A stretch of 64,000 bases of DNA from Lingula anatina (lineage: Eukaryota; Animalia; Brachiopoda), in the NCBI GenBank assembly GCA_051362555.1, contig CM120649.1:9486001-9550000 (forward strand), written 5' to 3'. Shown piece by piece: positions 12,764 through 25,799 of the stretch. The notes under the pieces are model-generated. The model was given only the letters and a program-made list of their open reading frames with translations, was not told the DNA's origin and ran no database searches. Numbering within the stretch: position 1 is the first letter of the stretch; every line of letters starts with the position of its first letter. Made by a program: the position numbers and the translations under genes.

Positions 12764-15700
12764 GTGTGTGTCCATGATAGGACCAGTCAGAGGGTGGCAA
12801 GGTGGGGGTCAACAGATTTCAACCAAATTCATAATATTGTTGCATATATAGGAGATATTAAGATTGAAGGCAACAATCCCAAAAGAAATCATTGGATATA
12901 ATTATAATATGATATTTTATGTTTTGGCCATTTTTGGCTTGATTTTCAGCTTCGGTCAATAAAGCCACTTCATAAGCAAATATGTCAAAACTGATGACTT
13001 TTTAAAATTAATTGAAAATTTACCTATTTAAACCAGCCATTTGCCATTGAGAATATGTTACTAAATTTCAGTTTAACCCACAAACTAACGAGCCATGCCC
13101 ATTTTTATGACCCCACCCCCCAAACTCACTTTTCTACCAAGCAATGTTCAAGCATTCATATCTCTCTTTTTGCAGGCTTGACAGCCATAAAATTTTATAG
13201 GGATCCTAAGCATATATTGGTCTAATCATACAAAATTCAAAAAGTGTGTTAAACACAACAGAAGATATTGAAAAAGTGCCTCAAACTTTAGCAATTTTAG
13301 CAGAAAACCAAACGGCCGAAATCAAGATATCAGTACATTTTGAGATAATACCTTCCAATAATCAAATTTAATCAAAGACTCACAGCCAGGAATTCAAACT
13401 ATGCTTTGATAAGGGCAAATCTATCCAATTTTTATAAATACAAAATGGCTGCCATCAAATCTGCCCCAAAATACAGTTACCCTAATTCCTCAAAATAATC
13501 AAGAGGCCCATTTTTGCAGGTTTTTTATTTTGAGATCTGTAATACAGGATTGCTCAAATAATATTCTTTTCAAACAGAGCCATACAACTTCTGAATAAAT
13601 TTAAATTACTAGTGACAAGTTATTCACCCCCCCCCCCCCCCCCCCCATTTAATAAGTTATTACTGTGCATATCCAGTATCATCAGCATTGTGTATATACC
13701 TTATTTTCAGGGAGCAATAGAGAAAAAAAATTGCAAATGATTTTTCTAAAGGTAAAAGGGAATGACTTTCTCATTTTATCAGTTTTCTCAAGTGCAACAC
13801 TAATTAATCCACTTGAAATGATTTATATTGCATTTTTCAACCAATTTTTTCCTTTCAAATGATTCATAGGCTTTGTAAATACATGTGATATCTTGATATC
13901 TATATTCTTTTTCTATAAAGAAAATTAAAACAGAGTCAGCAACATACAATGACAGGAGGAGTACTTTATTTTCATATTATCAATTGGACAGTAAAAGAAC
14001 AAAGCAGTTACTTTTTACAGGAGTGAAATCAAGTTATGAATCTCCAAGGTTCCAATATCACGGTCATCTTTTCCATATACTGAACACAACAGTGATGGGT
14101 AGTGTTCCACAGATTTTAATCTTATAACTGATTGGTCCCCAAGTTTCTTCTTCTGGTTGAGAGATCCAGGGTCTCCTACAGTAATGATAATTCAGCAATC
14201 TTAGAATAAGTGTGGTAACTTGAAGCAACATGCCACTATAGTTTAGTGTGACTGAACTGTCAATTGTCAATATTTGTCAATTCAATGGCGCCAATTATCC
14301 TCCTTTCCTACAAAACTGATTGAGATTACCAAGCCTAAGATGCACATTTGTTATGGGGGATTGACCCAAGGTGGCTCTGAGTCCAATAGAGGTTTGCCAG
14401 GATATCCACTACTGCGTCTACCTGAAGATGGCAGGACAGGCTGTCAAAAGAAAATGTATTTAACATATTTTAAACTCATGTTAATTGCTGTATAAGAACA
14501 ATTACTAAATAATATTCTGATCAAACATATTGCATAAGTGTAAAAAAGGAAATCAAATATGCATGATTGTAGCTACCAGAATTTCAAAATAGAAAAAGAA
14601 ACAAATGAAAAAAAGGTAAACCTTTTTTCTTCTCCGTGGAAGTGTTCCAGGCATTACAAAGTTGGTGGTCACATCTGAATCTGATGAATTTGCCTGTGCA
14701 ATTTCAGGTGACTTTTCTATTATTGTCTGTAAGATTGTCCAGGTCAAGGTTCACATACAGGCCTAGGATGTAAAATCTGAAAAATAAACATAACATCAAT
14801 AAATGCTTTACAACAACAGAGGCTTACTGTGTTCAGAATAGAAACTATCGAGCAGGATCAATCTATCTCAGCGGAGTATCACACTCGGGCTCAGTCGTTG
14901 TAATCAGCTTAATTGTCTGGCACGCCCCCTTGCAAAGCAACATGAACAACATAATGGACTGCAAAGTTTTCCTGATTTTACTAAAGTACCTTTAGTTACA
15001 AGTGCCCTGTGTAATATGTAAGTCTTGAAAATTGAAGCACAGGCAGTTAACTTCAACTTCATTGTAAACACACATAAATCTGCATAGTGAATACAAAACT
15101 AAAATATAAAAAACTGGCACAAGTAACATCCCCTAAAATGCAAAAACTTGAAACTGAATGTGTGTTACATACCTTTGATTCTGGGTAAGAAATTTCTTAT
15201 GAAGCTGTCTTCAAGCTCAGTATAGTCTTTAACTGTTTGTCTTATGATAACACATGTAACAAAGCCCTAGAATTTAATGCAAAAATATACTTCATAAGTT
15301 AGCTACACAGTTAATTCTTTTCAGCATACATGTTTACCATGAAACAGAAATCAAGTAAAACTCTGTGAATTGAAATATACCAGTATGTCTTTTAAATTTG
15401 CTTATATTCTTTATATTACTGAATAATATTCAAACTTATTATTTAAACTGGTTTGAGTTTTTAGTGTATCTGATTCTAGTATATGTATGCCATCACTGAT
15501 CACTTACCTTACAACAAACATCCAGAGGTAAATCGATGAGATGGATATATTGAGGAACCCAAGCCTGACAACAGCCTGAAGTGGTTCAACCAAAAATGCA
15601 CATTCTAAGGACGACTAGCTGCTATGGTCATTTCTTGTTATATTCTGGAGCACACCAATCCTTCTGAGATGTATCTAAGCATCTCTAGTGCATGTTCTTC

Positions 15701-16550
15701 ATAAATTTAATAAAGTATTATGTTTTAACACTGTGAAGACGATGTGCTTTGCTCCACAGTTGCTCCGGTGATAATCCTAGTACCCGCTATGTTGAAAATA
15801 GGTCACAGAGTTAGCATCGTTATTTTACATTTAGTTTCTACAACATAAACAAATTTAAAAAAATGTATTTTCGCTTCATAAGGTTGTCTGCAGGGCAAAC
15901 ATAATTATTTTAAGGGCTTTTCACAAACCTATACATGGTTTTGACTTATTAATTTAGTTGAAGAAACAGTTTAGCATTTAAGTAGTATAAAAATATTCGT
16001 TTTTAGGCCCTTTTTAAAATTGTTATAGTTCTTATTTTACAAGGTTTAACACAGATTTTATTTTACAAAATTTATTTTTCAACCCTTTTCTATCAGCACA
16101 TACCAAAATTATATGGATACAACCTGCAAAAAAGAAGTTGTGTGCATTTAAAGAAGGGGAGGGGGTCAAGCATACGGAAAACATGCCTTATTAGAATCAA
16201 CCTTGTGTGGTCATGACAGTGCCTTTTCAAAAAATCTGTACTGGGTATTAAAGATCTTTCCTTAACCTATCATGTGGCTTACCTATATAAATCCTTATGA
16301 TGTACATGATTTTTTAAAAGAATATTTAAAATTATAACTTTTCAAGAGCTAAAAAATGCTATATTTTGGCAAAATTGCCAATAAAAGATCTGCCCCCATA
16401 TCTCTAAAACTAATGATCCAAAATAAGAAAGCCAGTGGCTCACAATATCTTTTATGTTGATGATTTACCACACCAAAAATTATTAAAATCTGCTGACCCC
16501 CACCTTGCCGCCTTCTGACTGATCTGTCTGGCTTTCTCATGGACGCGCTC
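12764..16550. mobile_element. Non-autonomous TTAA-specific DNA transposon (Sola3-like or Kolobok-like), 3.8 kb
   Basis: TTAA at 12760-63 and 16551-54; the empty site acaatttaacatat occurs in sister units. Imperfect TIR gtgtgtgtccatga...agtcagagggtggcaaggtggggg versus ccccaccttgccgccttctgact...tcatggacgcgctc. GAG/CTC ends with TTAA match the Sola3 description. No intact ORF. Confidence 0.75.
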
Positions 16551-16664
16551 TTAACATATATATAGTGGCGGTGGTCACAATGGGATTGAAGAAAATCACC
16601 AGTGCAGCAATATTGTTGTTGCACTGACATGTGCTGAGGCTGCGAGGTTGAGATCATTTCGGCT

Positions 16665-17117
16665 TGTTACGGGTCAGAGTACCCAATGCCAGAAAAAATC
16701 AATGACAAAAGATTTAAAGAAGTTTTAATATTTTATTAAAACTAAATAAACTAATGACAAAAACAATAAGCTATTCTTAATACACAAATAAACCTATCTG
16801 AAAGCATGAAGTGTCCTGTGTGAAAGTCTGATGTGAATCTGTCGAATGGAGAGTGAATGGAGATAAATCGGCTCAAAGTTCAGTGAAAGTGTCCGATGAA
16901 ATCCCACAGTAATTACGATGCAAGTTCCAGTAGAAAATATGAGTGTTGGTTCAGTGGTAAATAGGTTCCAAAAAAAAAAAAATATTCTCCTTCAAAAGTC
17001 CCAAAACAAAACTCAGTCTCCTATCATACTCCCAGCGTCTGTCTAAACTAACGCTCTCGAGATACTCATGCTCTCGCGATATGGTGATGTCATAAGCTGA
17101 CCTACTTATACACAACA
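16665..17117 (-). repeat. 3' LTR
   Basis: tgttacgggtc...cacaaca; direct repeat of 22733-23179. Confidence 0.95.
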
Positions 17118-17128
17118 CCTCCCCCCTT
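17118..17128 (-). other. Polypurine tract
   Basis: Minus strand aaggggggagg directly abuts the 3' LTR. Confidence 0.85.
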
Positions 17129-17192
17129 AAAAAGTTTGAATATCAATGAAAACTTAAATTTTACACTCTAAATAATGCATATATATGTCCAA

Positions 17193-18570
17193 TTATGACA
17201 CTCTTGAAAGGGCATCTGCAATGACATTGTCTTTGCCCTTAATATGTTTAATAACAATATCATACTCTTGTAACAACAAACTCCACCTTGTCAGTCTCTG
17301 ATTCTTATTTGACATTTTGTGCAAAAATGTGAGTGGATTATGGTCTGTGTAGACAAGAATAGGATGTAAAGTAACATTCAAATACACATCAAAGTGTTGT
17401 AAAGCTAACAACAAAGCAAGACATTCTTTCTCAATAGTAGAATAGTTTTTCTGACATTTTGTAAGTTTCTTTGAAAAGGAAGAAACAACTCTATCTACAT
17501 TGTCATCATTTTCCTGGAATAAAGCAGCTCCTATTCCTACATCACTAGCATCAACAGCAAGTTTAAATTGCCTCTCAAAATCTGGAGCTGACAAAACTGG
17601 ACTACTCATAAGGATTGCCTTAATTTTCCTGAAGGACTCATCACAGTCCTTTGTCCAATTAAATATCATCCTCTTTTTTAAGAGGTTAGTAAGTGGACTA
17701 ACAACAGAGGAAAAGTTTGGGCAAAATTTTCTGTAAAATCCTGCCATACCTAGAAATCTCATCAATTCTTTCTTGTTGGTAGGAACTGGAAACTCTGAGA
17801 TGGCTTCTACTTTAGCCATGATAGGTGTACTTAAACCCTGACCTACTCTGTGACCTAAATACTCTACAGTAGCCTGACAAAATTCACTCTTTGCCAGGTT
17901 CACAATGAGATTTGCTTTCACCAGTATGTTGAAGAATTCACGCATAATCTGGAGATGCTCCTTCCAGGTGTCACTGTAGATAATGACATCATCAATATAG
18001 GCTCCACATCCCTTAAGATCACGCAGAAGTGAATGAATCATCCGTTGAAACGTGGCCGGCGAGTTCTTCATCCCGAATGGCATAACTTTGTACTGGTACA
18101 ATCCATCCGGAGTCACAAATGCTGAAATTTCTTTAGCTCTGTCAGTTAAGGGTACTTGCCAGTAACCCTTCAGCAAGTCAAATTTACTGACAAATTTCGC
18201 ACTGCCAATTCTATCTATGCAATCATCAATTCGTGGGATAGGATAGGAGTCTGTTTTGGTAACAGAATTTACTTTGCGGAAATCTGTGCAAAAGCGATAA
18301 GTTCCATCTGACTTTGGGACAAGAATGCATGGTGAACTCCAGTCACTACTGCTTGGTTCAATAATGTCATTTTCCAGCATATATTGAACTTCCTTTCTCA
18401 GATACTGAAGCTTTATTGGATTCAGTCTGTATGGGTGCTGTTTGATAGGCTGAGCATCCCCTACACTGACGTCATGAAGAGCAGCATTCGTCTTTTTTGG
18501 AATATCAGGGAAAATATCCTGGTAGTCAGTAATCAATCGGCCGAGTTCTCTACAATCCCTAGCAGATAAA
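17193..18570 (-). CDS. pol: Gypsy pol C-terminal part: reverse transcriptase plus RNase H (open frame, separated from gag-PR-IN)
   Basis: Motifs DLLKGYWQ, MPFGMKNSPATFQ, YIDD, RFLGMAGFYRKF, VDASD, IEKECLA, YTDHNPL and ADALSR. Confidence 0.92.
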
Positions 18571-20055
18571 ACCTGTGGTGGTGACATCAACACCCTTACA
18601 AGTAGAATTAACAATTTCTTTATCTCAGTGAGCCAAAATCTCATTCCATTAGTACCACCGTCTTCAAAATACAAACCTGAATCCATTGCACATTTTTCAA
18701 TAGACCCAGACGATGTAGAGAAATGCCTACTAAATCTCAACACTAGCAAGGCCACCGGCCCAGACCAGCTCCCAACCTGGGTGCTGAGGGATTTTGCAGG
18801 GTTCCTTGCGAAGCCGATTTGCGCCATTTTCAACAGCTCATTGCACGAGGGATTTGTCCCTGACGTATGGAAATCAGCAGATGTCATCCCTCTTCCTAAA
18901 TCCTCTCCACCAATGTCTATTGAGAATGACTTGCGTCCAATATCACTCACTCCTGTTCTTAGTAGAGTGTTTGAATCATTTATTGTTAAGTGGATTTGCA
19001 AATACATTAATATTGACAGAACACAGTTTGGAGTAGTCAAGGGCAGTTCCACTACACATGCAGTAACTGAACTCATTCACAATTGGATGCAGGGTCTTGA
19101 ACCCTCTCAAAATCACAAGAAGTATGCCAGAATTCTTTTCCTGGACTTTTCAAAGGCATTTGATCTCATTGATCATAACATTTTACTAAGAAAACTTTAT
19201 GACAAGGGTGTACCTGAACTACTTGTCAGGTGGGTGCAGTCATTCCTATCCAACCGCTCCCAGAGAGTACAATATAAAAGCTCACTCTCTGAATGGCTAC
19301 ACCCACATGGTGGAGTACCCCAGGGTACCCTTCTTGGGCCACTGCTTTTTGCTATCATGATTGATGACTTAAAATCCAGATGTCCAGACTACAAATATGT
19401 TGACGATACTACAGTGTATGACATTTGTAATATTGATGGTCCATGCTACTTACAAAGTGCAAGTAACGAAATAGTGCTGTGGACACAAAATAACAATATG
19501 AAACTGAATGCCAAAAAAACCAAGACCGTGACCCTAAATTTTACACGTTCTAAACCAATAGTCATAAATGACACGCCAATCTGTGAGGTTACACAGTTCA
19601 AACTTCTGGGCATCCATATTAGCAATGACCTAAAATGGGGCACTCATGTGGATCATATATATAAAAAAGGCATGTGCAAGACTCTATTTCCTCCGTCAAC
19701 TGAAGCGAGCTAAGCTCAGCCCTGCTGACTTAATCCAAGTTTACCAAAGTATTGTGCGCTCAATTCTAGAATATGCCTGCCCTGTATGGCATCCAGGACT
19801 AACTATAGAGCAATGCAAACTTTTAGAGACTGTCCAAAGTCGTGCTTTAAAAATAATTTTCCCTGACCTACACTATGATGAAGCCCTGAACCTGGCAAAT
19901 ATGTGCACTTTAGAAAAACGAAGGGAAGATCTGTGCAAAACTTTCTTTTACAAAATAACTGAATCCTATGACAAATTGAATCACATCTTAATTGAGCATT
20001 CCAATCGTCTTTTAAGATCTAACAATAGATACAAAGTGCCAAAATTTAAGACCTG
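18571..20055 (+). pseudogene. LINE ORF2 reverse transcriptase fragment (two frames)
   Basis: ORFs 18628-19713 and 19646-20089 join across one frameshift; no endonuclease domain is present. Confidence 0.88.
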
Positions 20056-20087
20056 GGTTGCAATCTTAATAAATTATTATTATTATT
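18571..20087 (+). mobile_element. 5'-truncated LINE (CR1/L2-group) inserted antisense into the Gypsy pol
   Basis: Non-LTR RT motifs KATGPD, LRPISLT, LDFSKAFD, GVPQGT, YVDD, LGI and LEYACPVW. Frameshift at the A-run near 19663. 3' end aataaa followed by (TTA)n at 20068-20087. Confidence 0.92.
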
Positions 20088-22638
20088 AATAGCTAATTCA
20101 TGCATGACCTGCTGAAACAACCCTGACATAAAGTTTGAGCCCTGGTCTGACTGAATAGCTTTGGGGATACCTACAAAACAGAAAAATTTAGCAAGGGCCT
20201 TGACTATGGTCTTTGCTTTAATATTCCTCAGAGGTATAGCTTCAGGGAACCGAGTGGAGGTACACATTATGGTAAGTAAATACTGATTCCCTGACCTAGT
20301 TTTAGGCAAAGGTCCTACACAATCAACTAACACCCTACTAAAAGGTTCCTCAAAGGCTGGAATGGGTTGCAGGGGAAAAGATGGTATTTTCTGATTTGGT
20401 TTTCCTACCATCTGACATACATGACAAGACTTGCAAAACTCAGACACATCCTCTCTCAACTTTGGCCAATAAAAATGACTCAAAATTTTGCTACAGGTCT
20501 TATTTACACCTAAATGACCTGCCGTAGGGGTGGCGTGAGCTAAACTCATGATATCATTGCGATATACTACAGGAACCACTACCTGGTGAATAATACGCCA
20601 CACCTCGTCAGGTGATGCATCAGGTGGACGCCATTTTCGCATAAGGATGCTGTCTTTGAGGTAAAAACACTCTCCGACTTTTGCTGTTTCTTCCATTGGA
20701 AGAGCTCTTTTAGTAAGTCTGACAATATCTGGATCTTTACTTTGTTCCAACAGTAACTGTTCACGACTGAGGGTGTCCTTACCCTTGTCAAATGACAAAT
20801 CAGACTCAACACTAGATGCCTTCAGAGACACATCAATGTCAACTGGCACTTTGGTTTCATATGACTCTACAGGTAAACTGTCATCAATGGTTGTCATAAA
20901 CGTTTCACTAAGTGAAATTTCTTTAAGTGAATCAGCTTTATCCACTACTAGAGTACCATCAGCCTCAGCCTTTTGTTTTGAAGCCATTGCCCTCGTAACA
21001 ACACAGGCTGGGTACAAGTCGTCTTCATCATCATCAGAAACGACATCAGAAATTGTTTTCTCACAAACAATGGGATCAGGTATCACTTTACCACCTGCTA
21101 AATCGTTGCCTAGCAACAAGGAAATGCCTTGAATGGGAAGAGTAGGTCGAACACCTACAATAACTGGTCCAGTAGCTAAATCTGACTTCAGATAAACTCT
21201 GTAAAGAGGAACATCAATGACACCTAGCCCAACACCCTGTAATAAAACTGAACTACCAATAGACGTCTCCTCAGACAAAGGCAACACGCCCTCTAACAGC
21301 AGAGTCTGTGCAGCTCCAGTATCTCTCAAAATCTGAACAGGTAAAGCTTGGCTAGAATCACTGAGTGAAACAAATCCCTGAGACAAAAAGGGCTTATAAT
21401 GATCCTCCACAGAATCAACAAAACTGGACTTTGAATCCTGGACATAAGGAGTGTCAGCATGTAACAAATCTAAGGCTTTCCTATCATTTCTTAAAGCTGC
21501 ACAGGCATTTGTCTGTCGCTTTAGAGGGTCATTTTTCATCTTAAGTTTGATACATTCACCAATGAGATGACCCTTTTTCTTGCAGTAATTGCAAGTTGGG
21601 GATGACCCTACAGTTTGAGGTGACGCAAAATGACCCGGCTGTGGGGTTGTGGAACCACTGTAATGTGATGACTTGGGACAGAGAATATTGTTTTTGGGAG
21701 ACTGGATAGGAGACTGAGATCTACATGTAGGTACAAAGTTTTTCTTATTGGTTAGTGTGTATGAATCCGAAATAACTGCTGCTTGCTCAAGAGTTTCAAC
21801 ATTCTTGTCTTCTAAATGGATTTTTAGATCTTGGGAAACACATTCCTTAAACTCTTCTACTAGAATAAGTTGACGTAAATTTGCAAAATTCTTTTCACAC
21901 TTTTTGGATCTAAACCACTTATCAAATAAGTCTTCTTTCTCTCTAGCAAATTCTACGTAAGTCTGAGTTTCTATTTTCTTCTGTTTCCTAAATTTTTGTC
22001 TGTAAGCTTCTGGCACCAATTCATATGCCTTTAAAATAGCAGATTTCACCTTTTCATAATCTGAGCTTTCTGCTAAACTGAGAGCTGAGTACACCTCAGC
22101 AGCTTTCCCTACCAAAACACTTTGGTGTGGGGCATACTTCCAATGGCCATTGGAGATGTTCTGCTATTTTTTCAAATTGTGGGAAAAATTTATCAACTGA
22201 TTTTTCTTGGAATTTAGGAACTAACCTAATGTTCTTTGCTGCATCAAATTCATACCTGACATGTGAAGTTGATCTTTCACTGTGCTCTAATCTTAGTTTT
22301 TCCAACTGAAACTGCCTATCTTTATCTCTTTCTTCTCTTTCTCTTTCTAACTTTTCTTTTTCTAACTGAAACTGTCTATCTATTCTTAACTTCTCCAGTT
22401 CAAATTCATACTCTGAAATGTTGGTTTCTGCCTTAACTATTGGCGGTAAATCATCAGACTTAAATATTTGTTCATCTACAAGTTTCTTCACTACTATTCC
22501 TCTAATCTCTTGTTTTTTCATGGATGATTTCACAACTAAATTGAAATGTAAAGCTATGGCAACTAACTCATCTTTTTTCAAAGCTTCAAAGTCTGCCACC
22601 GTAGGAGATTGGAGAAATTCGGTGACAGAGAATACCAT
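20088..22638 (-). pseudogene. Gypsy gag (SCAN-like capsid region, CCHC knuckle), protease and N-half of integrase; frameshift near 22125
   Basis: YEKVKSAILKAYELVPEAYRQKFR; CNYCKKKGHLIGEC; LRDTGA; HHCC zinc-binding region (AHATPTAGHLG...CHVC); VDCVGPL and SDQGSNF (two catalytic Asp). Truncated at HELAI. Confidence 0.92.
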
Positions 22639-22710
22639 GGTGGAATTGATTTCTGCTGGCTACTGTAGTAAATTTGCACACAAAAATTGCTACCGATAAG
22701 AAAATCTAAA

Positions 22711-22728
22711 CTCCCGGATGAGCCCCCA
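22711..22728 (-). other. Primer-binding site, tRNA-Pro type
   Basis: Minus strand TGGGGGCTCATCCGGGAG, 4 nt inside the 5' LTR; 16/18 match to the canonical tRNA-Pro PBS TGGGGGCTCGTCCGGGAT. Confidence 0.85.
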
Positions 22729-22732
22729 ATTC

Positions 22733-23179
22733 TGTTACGGGTCAGACTACCCAATGCCAGCAAAAATCAATGACAAAAGATTTAAAGAAGTTTTAATATT
22801 TTATTAAAACTAAATAAACTAATGACAATAACAATAAGCTATTCTTAATACACAAATAAACCTATCTGAAAGCATGAAGTGTCCTGTCCGATGTGAATCC
22901 GTCGAATGTAGAGTGAATGGAGATAAATCGGCTCAAAGTTCAGTGAAAGTGTCCGATGAAATCCCACAGTAATTACGATGCAAGTTCCAGTAGAAAATAT
23001 GAGTGTCGGTTCAGTGGTAAATAGGTTCCAAAAAAAATATATTCTCCTTCAAAAGTCACAAAACAAAACTCAGTCTCCTATCCGTTCATACTCCCAGCGT
23101 CTGTCTAAACTAACGCTCTCGAGATACTCATGCTCTCGCGATATGGTGACGTCATAAGCTGACCTACTTATACACAACA
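22733..23179 (-). repeat. 5' LTR
   Basis: tgttacgggtc...cacaaca followed by the GGCT TSD. Confidence 0.95.
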
Positions 23180-24669
23180 GGCTATCCTCAGTGTGATGAT
23201 AATCCAGGAAACACACCTTCAACTCTACTGAAAATAGATGATATATCATCACTTAAACTTTTTATAGACACATACAGTATAGTTACATCACAGAAATAAC
23301 ACAGTTATCAGGTTATATTATTTTATTAGAATTAACACATACAGAAACAACAAAGACATTGACAGTTATCAGAATACATACAAACACATTCAATGTCACA
23401 ACAGACAATGCACAGTGATCAGAATGTATTCATGAAATTTGGTCTGTATAAAGATTTATCCCCCCCCCCTCCAACTCCGAACAGTTAACATTAACCATTG
23501 TCACCTTAAAATATATATAACTTGAGTGGGATCTAATTAAGTGACCCTTTTTCAAAATAATAATTTCTAAAGGTATAACATATAGCGGCAATGGTCACAA
23601 TGGGATTAAAGAGAATTGCCAGTGTAGCAATATCATTGTTGTACTGACCTGTGATGAGGCTGCAAGGTTGAGATGAGTGCAGCAGTGCTCAGAGAGATGA
23701 TAATCCAGGAAACACCTTCATCTCTACTGAAAACAGATAATAAATCATCAATAAAAGATATATATGTAGACACATACAGTAGTTATAACACAGAAATAAC
23801 ACAGTGATCAAAATATATTATTATATTATAATAAACACATACAGCAACAATAAAGACATATATAGACAGAGATGAGAATACATACAGACACATTCTATGT
23901 AGGTATCAGAATGTATACATAAAATTTTGTCCATATGAAGATTTATGCTAAGCAAACCCTCACCTCTCCAACTCCGAACAGTTCACATTAACCCTTGTCT
24001 CCTTGAAAATATATAACTGAGTGGGATCTAAGTGAACCTTTTCCAAATTAATAATTTCTCAGGTATAACATATAGGGGCAATGGTCACAATGGGATTGAA
24101 GAGAATCGCCAGTGTAGCAATATCGTTATTGCACCGACCTGTGGTGATGATGAGAGGTTGAGATGAGTCCAGCTGATCAGAATACATACAGACTCATTCA
24201 ATGTCACAACAGACAATGCACAGGCATCAGAATGTATACACAAAATTTTGTCTATATCAAGATTTTTTGCTAAGCGCACAACTGCCTCCCATCCCCACCC
24301 AAATCTCAATAGTTCACATTAACCCTTTATTGTCACCTTGAGCATATCTAAAACTGAATACGAATGATATAATGGCACAATATTACAGATATAGAGATTT
24401 TTCCCCTGGTCATGTACGTACGTGTTATGTAATACTGTAATATTTTCAAAATACTGGATAAGCAGAACACTTCTTTGTTTTGAGAAAATTGTATTCTAAA
24501 GATAATACAACTTACAAAATTGGCATGGAATTATTTAGTTTAGTTATTTAAAATCAATTTTGAAGTTGTTTGAGGTTTTTTTAAATAATAAATTCTCATA
24601 TATCTCTCTTACCACACCCTCCCACAAATAAGCTCTCACTCTCTCTCCCCCCCTCTCTCTCTCTATCTT

Positions 24670-24730
<61 letters not shown>

Positions 24731-25639
24731 CTCTCTCTTTGTCTGTCTCACACACACACACATTCATACAAACAGAAACACACTAAGACATCATTGAGAT
24801 TAAATGAAGACTTCAGCTTCACTGTAAGGTGCTGCCTCCAAGTGGATAAAGCAAGCACTACATTGTAAAATGCAGCAATGGGAAGAGCATGCCCAAGCAG
24901 TAAAGTATCATATCTTGAAATAGAAAATACTTAACAAACCAAAGGAAAATGAACAAATTGATTTCTATAATTCATTTAAATAAATTGTACACACAATAGC
25001 ACAGAATTCAAATGACTGCTCATGAGCGAAAAGTGCACTGTTTAAAATAAACAAGTTGGTAAAATTGACAAAGTCTGCCGATGTTTATCCACTGGTTGAT
25101 TTTATTTAATTTGCCCTCTGCTGTTGTTTTGAAAATTTATATTAGAAACATTCTATTGATTTTATGTTTTAAAAAGTAAATCCATTGGAATTTCCTTAGA
25201 ATAATAGGGGTCTTAATTCCTGGGTCAAAATCTTGTTGGGCCATTTTGGCCCACTTGGTCAAAAAAAGTGAGCCATTTTTTAAAAAAAATGTGTAACACA
25301 GTGATCAAAATATATCATTATATGAGGCCCGTAGCCAGGGGGGTTCGGGGGGTTAGAAAGAACTGCCCCTTTTGCTGGAAAAAGGTCCTTTCTGGATAAA
25401 ATTTGATCTAGGTACATGAAGTTTTCATGGGAAAAGGTCCACATTTTTCCGAATAAGAACCCTCTTTTTGAAATTGCTGGCTACGGGCCTGTATATTATA
25501 ATAAACACATACAGTGACAATAAAGACATACATGTGGACAGTAATCAGAATACATACAGACACATTCAATGTCTCAACAGACAATGCAAATTAAGGCATC
25601 AAGATGTATACATGAAATTTTGTTTATATTAAGGTGTTT
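23180..25639. repeat. Macro-repeat unit (2.69-kb family)
   Basis: Collinear with ~3748-5830 plus ~3170-3515; ORF 24085 matches ORF 1986. Confidence 0.93.
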
Positions 25640-25799
25640 AAATTAATATTCCCAGATAGCATGCATACGTTGGGCCAACGTTGGCCCAACGTTGCCTTGG
25701 TTGACCATGCAACGTTGGCCCAACGTTGGGTTTCCATCTAAGTGCTCACTTTGGCCAACGGTTGGCTGAACGTTTTTTTAATGCCAACGCATTGCCAAC

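Larger units (their letters stand above)
16665..23179 (-). mobile_element. Gmr1-type Ty3/Gypsy LTR retrotransposon (defective)
   Basis: Two ~450-bp TG...CA LTRs, a 4-bp GGCT TSD (16661-64 and 23180-83; empty site catttcggctatcctc in sister units), PBS, PPT, and domain order gag-PR-IN-RT-RH. Confidence 0.95.

Noticed and set aside
16665-23179. Copia or retroviral classification suggested by IN-before-RT order and tRNA-Pro PBS
   Set aside because: RT and RNase H motifs (DLLKGYWQ, MPFGMKN, DAS..G.GA, TDH.PL) are Gypsy-type, and no env is present.
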